Shown here: one piece after another, positions 58,321 through 64,000 of the stretch
How positions within the stretch are numbered: the stretch's first letter is position 1
How the letters are laid out: the number at the start of each line of letters is the position of its first letter
DNA from: a virus
Taxonomy: Duplodnaviria; Caudoviricetes
Reading direction: 5' to 3' (one strand)
IMG/VR virus record: IMGVR_UViG_3300011989_000257
Coordinates: 32,001-96,000 of that record
Length of the DNA: 64,000 bases
Notes under the pieces: model-generated
Told to the model about the DNA's origin: nothing
Databases searched by the model: none
What the model saw: only the letters and a program-made list of their open reading frames with translations
Translations under genes and position numbers: made by a program

Positions 58321-58350
58321 AAAAAGGGACACTAAAAAGTATCCCTTTTT
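58321..58350 (-). terminator. terminator
   Basis: AAAAAGGGACACT-AAAA-AGTATCCCTTTTT. Confidence 0.7.
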
Positions 58351-58353
58351 ATC

Positions 58354-58875
58354 TTATTTAAAATATGGAGATTGGAATGGTGTCAAAGGTTGATTCCTAT
58401 ATTCCTTTGGCATTACTTTCTCTGGTCTCTTCGTGCCTTCATAATCATTCAAAACATCGTTTATAACCTCATCGATTACACCCTTATAATTGAATGTTGA
58501 TTCCATTGGCATTCCACCATCTTGAGGGGCTGCATTCGAATCATCTGCAATGCTTTTTGCATATTTAACAACTGCTGCCTTATCCTCTGCCGACATTCCA
58601 TCAACAATGTTATTCAATTCATCATCTTCTGGATTTTCAGCACCCATTGCATTTGGGTCTCCACCACCCATAGGGTTTTGGTCACTCATTGCATTTGGGT
58701 CATCCATAGGAGGTTCGCCACCGCCCATTGGGTCATTCATCCCCATATCATCAGTACCCGTTGGTGGCATTGGAGCATTATCTAAATCACCCATGCCATC
58801 CATACCGCCACCTAGGTTACTGTTTGGTATCTCTAACTTAGTTGGTCTTTCTTCGAAGAAAGATTCAGTTAGATT
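58354..58875 (-). CDS. -1 frame extension of 58869..60554 (Gly/Met/Pro-rich)
   Basis: Frame open from the A10 run as NLTESFFEERPTKLEIPNSNLGGGMDG...; no start codon before 58803. Confidence 0.65.
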   Translation of the reverse strand, partial: NLTESFFEERPTKLEIPNSNLGGGMDGMGDLDNAPMPPTGTDDMGMNDPMGGGEPPMDDPNAMSDQNPMGGGDPNAMGAENPEDDELNNIVDGMSAEDKAAVVKYAKSIADDSNAAPQDGGMPMESTFNYKGVIDEVINDVLNDYEGTKRPEKVMPKEYRNQPLTPFQSPYFK

Positions 58876-60554
58876 TTTTTTTTGTTTCTCATTAAACGAT
58901 TGAAAGACTCTGCAATTGCGTTGTCGATTGCTTGTGGGTCGATGTCAAATGGAGCACCATCTCCAATCTTTTCACCGTAAGGAGTATCATTTCTTACAGA
59001 ATCATCATTCATGTCATAGTAGCCTGGGAATTCCTTCATATCCTTTGGAGGTAGTTCCATAACCTTTTTCTGATATGCTGGGTGCTTTCCGAAGTCATCC
59101 AATTTATTCATATTTCCACTTGGTACACGTCCAGCGTCCTTGAAAGGCTTCATACCATCCTCATTCATTCTTTGTCTACGCATTGCATTTCTGAAAGATT
59201 TTGTCTCATAGATTTGAACGCCACCTCTGCGCCTATTCTCCATTGGCATATCGTCATCGATTGGCTCTTCCTCATCGCCAAACTCATCGCCATCTTCATC
59301 GCCAAAGATATCGTCATCGCCATAAGCTTCAGCATCAACACTTGGAGCACCAATGCCAAGTTTGTCAGCAATCTGTGAAAGAATCTCTTCCATTGCGTCT
59401 AGACGAGACTCAACATCGTCCTCATAGACATCCTCTTCGCCACCATCGTTTGCAAGGTCTTCCTCACCGCCAAACTCTTCACCATCTTCAGCACCAAGGT
59501 CATCGCCTAATGCATCTCCTTCGCCTTCAGCGCCAAGGTCATCACCGATTGGGTCACCTTCTCCTTCCTCTGGAGCAGGAGCGCCATCAACATCTTCACC
59601 ACCGAAATCATCTAATGCCTCATCAATCTGTCTTCCCTTCTCACCATCAAAAGGTTGGTCATCACCGATTTCTCCAGTACCTGGTGTTGGCGTATTCTGG
59701 TTATCCGAATCATGCATTGAAGCACCTTCCTCAACAGTTCCATTCTTCATTTCACCAGTTTGTGAAACTTTCTTGTCACCATCATCGATATTTCTAGCTT
59801 CAGCATCATCAAAAGGAGCACTATCGCCAATTTCAGTGCCATGAGACTTGTCCATGTAGTCATCGTTTCCACGATTCCATCCAAGAACCTCTTCCTCATT
59901 TACAGTCTCGCACTGACATGGGTTTTTACCACATTTAGGGCAAGTCTCACCTTCAGTCATATTAGCAGGAATCTCAGCGTTAGTATAACCAGCATTTGCA
60001 CTTGCTGCATCACCGCATTCCTCTACACTGCTAGAGATGTTGTCTTTCTGTGATTTCTTGATGTCTGCATCACAAATACCGTTTGGACATTCTTTCTTAC
60101 CCTCTGCAATCCTCATTGCATTCTCCATAATCTGGCGTGAACGTGAAAGTTCGTTCTTCATTTTGTCTGTAGCCTCGATTACAACATTCTCTTTCTTGTC
60201 CAAATCCCAAGAACTAATGTTATAATCCTTGTTATTTGCAGCCTCTTTAAGAGACATCATTTTGAGGTCGAATTGTTTCTGTGCATTTGCGAAGGAATCA
60301 TATTGATAGTCCTTACGATTACGGAAACCACCAATATAATTGAAGTCTTCTTTTACAAGGTTTGCTTTATTTGAAGCCACTTTAATATAATAATGTGTCC
60401 CTTCTCTAACAATACCATATACATTACCATCAGCACCAAGTTTCTGATTTTCTACTGAACTATATGGAGTTTTCTTACTCTCAGTTTGAAGACCATAACC
60501 CATAAGTTCCTTCATACGGCTTAAGGTCTCGTTTGTGTTCTGTTTGTTATTCAT
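58869..60554 (-). CDS. large acidic prohead core/internal protein
   Basis: 561 aa; late motif at 60592; repeated (E/K)IGDxxPFD motifs; CPKCGKNPCQC; many xxE/S,A sites. Confidence 0.7.
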   Translation of the reverse strand: MNNKQNTNETLSRMKELMGYGLQTESKKTPYSSVENQKLGADGNVYGIVREGTHYYIKVASNKANLVKEDFNYIGGFRNRKDYQYDSFANAQKQFDLKMMSLKEAANNKDYNISSWDLDKKENVVIEATDKMKNELSRSRQIMENAMRIAEGKKECPNGICDADIKKSQKDNISSSVEECGDAASANAGYTNAEIPANMTEGETCPKCGKNPCQCETVNEEEVLGWNRGNDDYMDKSHGTEIGDSAPFDDAEARNIDDGDKKVSQTGEMKNGTVEEGASMHDSDNQNTPTPGTGEIGDDQPFDGEKGRQIDEALDDFGGEDVDGAPAPEEGEGDPIGDDLGAEGEGDALGDDLGAEDGEEFGGEEDLANDGGEEDVYEDDVESRLDAMEEILSQIADKLGIGAPSVDAEAYGDDDIFGDEDGDEFGDEEEPIDDDMPMENRRRGGVQIYETKSFRNAMRRQRMNEDGMKPFKDAGRVPSGNMNKLDDFGKHPAYQKKVMELPPKDMKEFPGYYDMNDDSVRNDTPYGEKIGDGAPFDIDPQAIDNAIAESFNRLMRNKKKI

Positions 60555-60625
60555 ATTAATATATTAATTTTTTTCAAACTTATTTTTAATAATAAATATT
60601 TCATATATTCAAAAAATATCAATAA

Positions 60626-63600
60626 TTAGTACTGATATTGATTTTGCTGTGATATTGTACTACCAAAATCATCCATTGTACCTACTTGATTATCTCTTCC
60701 TCTATAGTCGAAGTTTACTTGTCTTATGTTAGGCGTAAACTTATCCAATGCTCTTATGTATAGTACACTTTTAGGTTTCATCTCTATATTGTCCCATTGT
60801 ATGCATATACAATAATTATATCCAATTAATTGGGATAATACCTTATCATAATAGCACTTATAAAGTTTACCATTCTCCTTAGATTGCATCAGTTTTCCGT
60901 AATTAGAAACAAAGTCCTTTAATGCCTTTCTTTCTGCATCCCAACGTTTCTTATAAGGATTATGTTCACTGTTTCCATCACCAACCCATTCTTCATTAAT
61001 CATGTTCTCCTTTAGTAAGGTAATGTATTTTTGAATTGATTCATTAAACCTTGTGGTTTTCTTTGTTAACATATCTTTTCTAGATACAATTTTAACATTT
61101 GCTGGGTCGAATATTACATAATTCATATTATTTTTACCCCTACCATATTTCATTCCGTGAAGATAGCCAATTGGTACTTTAGTTCCTATATATCCCATTG
61201 ATGCAACAACCTTAGACAAGTCTATCATCTCATCATAGAGGGCTATGTGGAAATCCCTACCACTTTTTACATTATCCCACTTTGTATCAGAATTTACTCT
61301 TTCTACCAATCTATTGAACCTTTCATCAGAATATTTCCTATTTCTGATTAAGCCTTGTTTGCAATAATTAATGAAAATATTTCTAGCATCATCTGGTGTC
61401 ATTGGTGCTACATAATCAAAATATGTATTTCCATCATCATCTGGTATTTCTACTTTATACAACTGTCCTGGTAAACTATCGTATATGCTATCATAATTAT
61501 CTAAAAAATCTTTGTAATCTTGTGCAGCGTTTTCTTTTTCATCGTCAGAAGAATCCCATTTTTTCTGCATATATTCTTTCCCTTTGGCATTCATTCTAGC
61601 AGAACGGATTATTTCAATATAATGTTCACCAGTTGACTTTTTGGATGTAACATATATTCCTTTTCCATACTCTTGAGAGCCTTCTCCCTTTCCTAAAAAT
61701 TCCAAATCAAACTTATCAAACACGGCATCTGTCCCATGCCAAGCTTGCATCTCATTTGTAGATTCATTAATTGAATTGCTTCTATCATATATAATGGTTC
61801 TAAGTTTCCAAAGTTTGTCAAGATATTCTGTTCTACGAAGTATCTTATAGACAACGTTTCCAGCGCCGCTTTCGCCATTCTTTTCAAGACTTGTTTTACG
61901 CATCCCCTTTATCTTTTTCCAAAGATAGTTTGCGTCCTCTCCAATTTCTTCAATTTCATGGGAATCAACAGTAGAATTTAAGACATTATACATATCATCA
62001 ATAATAGTCATTATATCTGCTGCTTTCTTCTTGATTGAAAACTTGTCAAGACCAATTGGCTTAATATCATTCATACTTGGTTTCTTAACCCATTCGTTTT
62101 CTTCAAGGTCATATATTCCTCCACTTTGAGGCATCTCACCTAAGTTTTGAACATATAGTTCAACTGGAAAGCCTAATATTGTCAAGTCACTATGCTCACT
62201 ATTCCATTCGTTTTTCTTTGCATCAAGATAATCCCTAACAAATTCAGTTTTATCATCAATTTCATCAAAATCAACAATAAGGTGCAAATCTATGTCAGAA
62301 AATTTAGACCAATTGAAATTACAAATTGAACCAGTAAGTATTATCCCACTTGGTTTAACCCAAGTAAGATTTACAAATTCCCAAAAATCATCTGCAATAT
62401 CCAATAATCTCAGCCTAACTCTAGAATCCAAGGTATTACTATCTATCCATATAGGGGCTAATTCACTTCTCTTCTTAAATGAAGAAAGGTCAATATCAGA
62501 AGAATCTACCTCAAAATCAATATTTTCAATTATGTTTTTGATTTGGCTTTCATTGACAATTACACTTTTGTTATTTTTCTTTGATTCATATTGTACATTT
62601 CCTTGAGGCTTAATGCCTTCTTCATAATACCTCATTATATCCGCAATAACTTGCTGAGGCTTTGCGTCAGAATATGACACTGAATGTAATGTATTACCCT
62701 TATTATCAGTAAAATCTATGTCAACATCAACAGCCTTTCTAACAAATGCTCTAATTGTGAAATATTGTTCCTTTGTTGGCTCTTTGGTCATATCCAAAAT
62801 ACCGCCATTTACACAACATCTAATTGCGCCATGATTCATAAAGTCAACGACATAGTTATAGCGATACTCATCACTCCATATTGGTATGTTGTTCTTTTTA
62901 TATATGCCTTCGATTCCTCTATGGTCTTCTTCTCTATACCCATTATTACCAAAATTAAGCAGCCTACCATCTGGAAGTATGTATCCAGCTTGACCTAAGT
63001 TGCTAGTAGTACCATATTGCTCAATTGCAAGTGATATTACATCATAACTCGTTTCTTCTGCTTGTTGACTAAGTGTTTCTGACTCATCTTCGGCATTCCA
63101 AAGTTTGGAGGCATCTTCATATTTCTTCAATAAAGCATTATATATTTTTACATCATTTGGGTCTATTTCTACCTCTGGATGCATTTTCTTCATCCATGAG
63201 AAGGCGTACCAATTCTGTTCTCCGTATTTTTCTGCACCTTGTTTTCTAAAATTTTCAAGGTCGGTTATTGTTTTATTAAACAAATCATCATACTTATTTT
63301 CGTTTATTGATAAACCATTTTTATTGGAATTTATTGACTCATCCAAATTAACTATAACTGGCTTATTCTCACGTTCCATTTTCATCCATTTATAGAATTC
63401 ATATGCATTACTTTTCTTTTGGAAATAATGTGGCATTTGGTTGATATCAATAAGGTTAATAACAACCCAATTACTAAATTTATCTGGCCTAAGCTCTTTT
63501 GCCCTATCTATAAATTCTTGAGGTATTTTAGACTCATTTATACTGCCTTCATCTGCTACATGACAATAGTTGCCTCCTACTGGCGGATTGTCGCTTTCTT

Positions 63601-63736
63601 GACCTAACTCATATTTATCAGCCTCTGGTCTTGCCTCATTGACACAAATAGAGTTATGGCTGACACTATTAGTGCCAACCATACTATTCTTGATTGTCAT
63701 TAAACTATCCTCTCTAAGTGTGATAGATTTTCCCAT
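60626..63736 (-). CDS. multidomain virion polyprotein: GYILPDG domain, Pol-beta-type nucleotidyltransferase, ADP-ribosyltransferase-like domain, C-terminal domain
   Basis: LTGSICNFNWSKFSDIDLHL (hGS..DxD), VELYVQ; AWHGT..FDKFD..GEG...YGKGIY...LYKVEI...NYVIFD; start reassigned to MGKSITLRE. Confidence 0.75.
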   Translation of the reverse strand: MGKSITLREDSLMTIKNSMVGTNSVSHNSICVNEARPEADKYELGQESDNPPVGGNYCHVADEGSINESKIPQEFIDRAKELRPDKFSNWVVINLIDINQMPHYFQKKSNAYEFYKWMKMERENKPVIVNLDESINSNKNGLSINENKYDDLFNKTITDLENFRKQGAEKYGEQNWYAFSWMKKMHPEVEIDPNDVKIYNALLKKYEDASKLWNAEDESETLSQQAEETSYDVISLAIEQYGTTSNLGQAGYILPDGRLLNFGNNGYREEDHRGIEGIYKKNNIPIWSDEYRYNYVVDFMNHGAIRCCVNGGILDMTKEPTKEQYFTIRAFVRKAVDVDIDFTDNKGNTLHSVSYSDAKPQQVIADIMRYYEEGIKPQGNVQYESKKNNKSVIVNESQIKNIIENIDFEVDSSDIDLSSFKKRSELAPIWIDSNTLDSRVRLRLLDIADDFWEFVNLTWVKPSGIILTGSICNFNWSKFSDIDLHLIVDFDEIDDKTEFVRDYLDAKKNEWNSEHSDLTILGFPVELYVQNLGEMPQSGGIYDLEENEWVKKPSMNDIKPIGLDKFSIKKKAADIMTIIDDMYNVLNSTVDSHEIEEIGEDANYLWKKIKGMRKTSLEKNGESGAGNVVYKILRRTEYLDKLWKLRTIIYDRSNSINESTNEMQAWHGTDAVFDKFDLEFLGKGEGSQEYGKGIYVTSKKSTGEHYIEIIRSARMNAKGKEYMQKKWDSSDDEKENAAQDYKDFLDNYDSIYDSLPGQLYKVEIPDDDGNTYFDYVAPMTPDDARNIFINYCKQGLIRNRKYSDERFNRLVERVNSDTKWDNVKSGRDFHIALYDEMIDLSKVVASMGYIGTKVPIGYLHGMKYGRGKNNMNYVIFDPANVKIVSRKDMLTKKTTRFNESIQKYITLLKENMINEEWVGDGNSEHNPYKKRWDAERKALKDFVSNYGKLMQSKENGKLYKCYYDKVLSQLIGYNYCICIQWDNIEMKPKSVLYIRALDKFTPNIRQVNFDYRGRDNQVGTMDDFGSTISQQNQYQY

Positions 63737-63758
63737 TCGGAACAATTTTTTCTTTTAA

Positions 63759-64000
63759 TTAGCTTTTACAATCACAGATACCTTGTCTAAGGTCTGTATA
63801 CTTAGCGCCACTCTCTGAAATAAATGAGGCAATCTCCTTGTACTCATTGTCTTTCTCTGTAGGAATTGCATTATCATGGCCGATAGGGCCATCATTATAG
63901 GCAAGAGTTTCCATACCATTAGTACTCATTTTTCCTTTTTCACTAAGAGCCTCATTATAGTTCTCTACGTCTGTGTATAGAAGTTGGTTATCCATGTCAT
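63759..64000 (-). CDS. hypothetical protein (3' part; start may lie outside the window)
   Basis: Open frame to the window edge. Confidence 0.5.
   Translation of the reverse strand, partial: DMDNQLLYTDVENYNEALSEKGKMSTNGMETLAYNDGPIGHDNAIPTEKDNEYKEIASFISESGAKYTDLRQGICDCKS

Noticed and set aside
28-63607. Numerous antisense and nested ORFs in the six-frame track (e.g. 30640..31317, 59201..59797, 55098..55607)
   Set aside because: Shadows of real genes on the opposite strand or frame; no promoters, initiation context or recognisable motifs.
1-64000. Genome-wide TAG-to-Gln recoding (Lak-like code 15)
   Set aside because: Long genes are uninterrupted under code 11 and TAG acts as a plausible stop at 7796, 17467 and 39421; only kptA has an internal TAG.
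1-64000. tRNA, rRNA or ribozyme genes
   Set aside because: Intergenic gaps are short and explained by promoters and terminators; no cloverleaf or hammerhead core (CUGANGA...GAAA) recognised by eye, though no covariance search was run.

Overview
This is a 64-kb, AT-rich segment of a large T4-like (myovirus, probably jumbo) phage genome. The host is almost certainly Bacteroidota, since canonical TTTG-N19/20-TAnnTTTG host promoters are present. Standard genetic code; most genes are on the minus strand. Left to right: baseplate spike (partial), gp55-like late sigma factor, Zn-ribbon homing endonuclease, a glycosyltransferase/nucleotide-metabolism cluster, UvsX/RecA, thymidine kinase, gp32 SSB, baseplate/lytic hub, tape measure, tail chaperones, tube, sheath, gp23-like major capsid, scaffold, gp21-like protease, portal, terminase and large acidic head proteins. 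Most notable observations: (1) an apparent capsid-cargo system, in which unrelated small proteins share an N-terminal KKxIRLTESxLxxIxxESVxxI leader rich in predicted prohead-protease sites; two of them sit in cassettes with near-identical late promoter/5'UTR/leader DNA and identical terminator stems; (2) a 1036-aa polyprotein (nucleotidyltransferase + ADP-ribosyltransferase-like + other domains) whose linkers carry the same sites; (3) a 212-aa mini-capsid paralog inside the glycosyltransferase operon; (4) a candidate -1 frameshift (A10 + hairpin) in a head protein and a candidate -2/+1 frameshift in the tail chaperone pair; (5) a late promoter motif ATATTTAT that matches the reverse complement of the T4 late promoter; (6) a KptA/Tpt1 gene with an in-frame amber codon. 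All family calls come from motif recognition by eye; no database searches were run.
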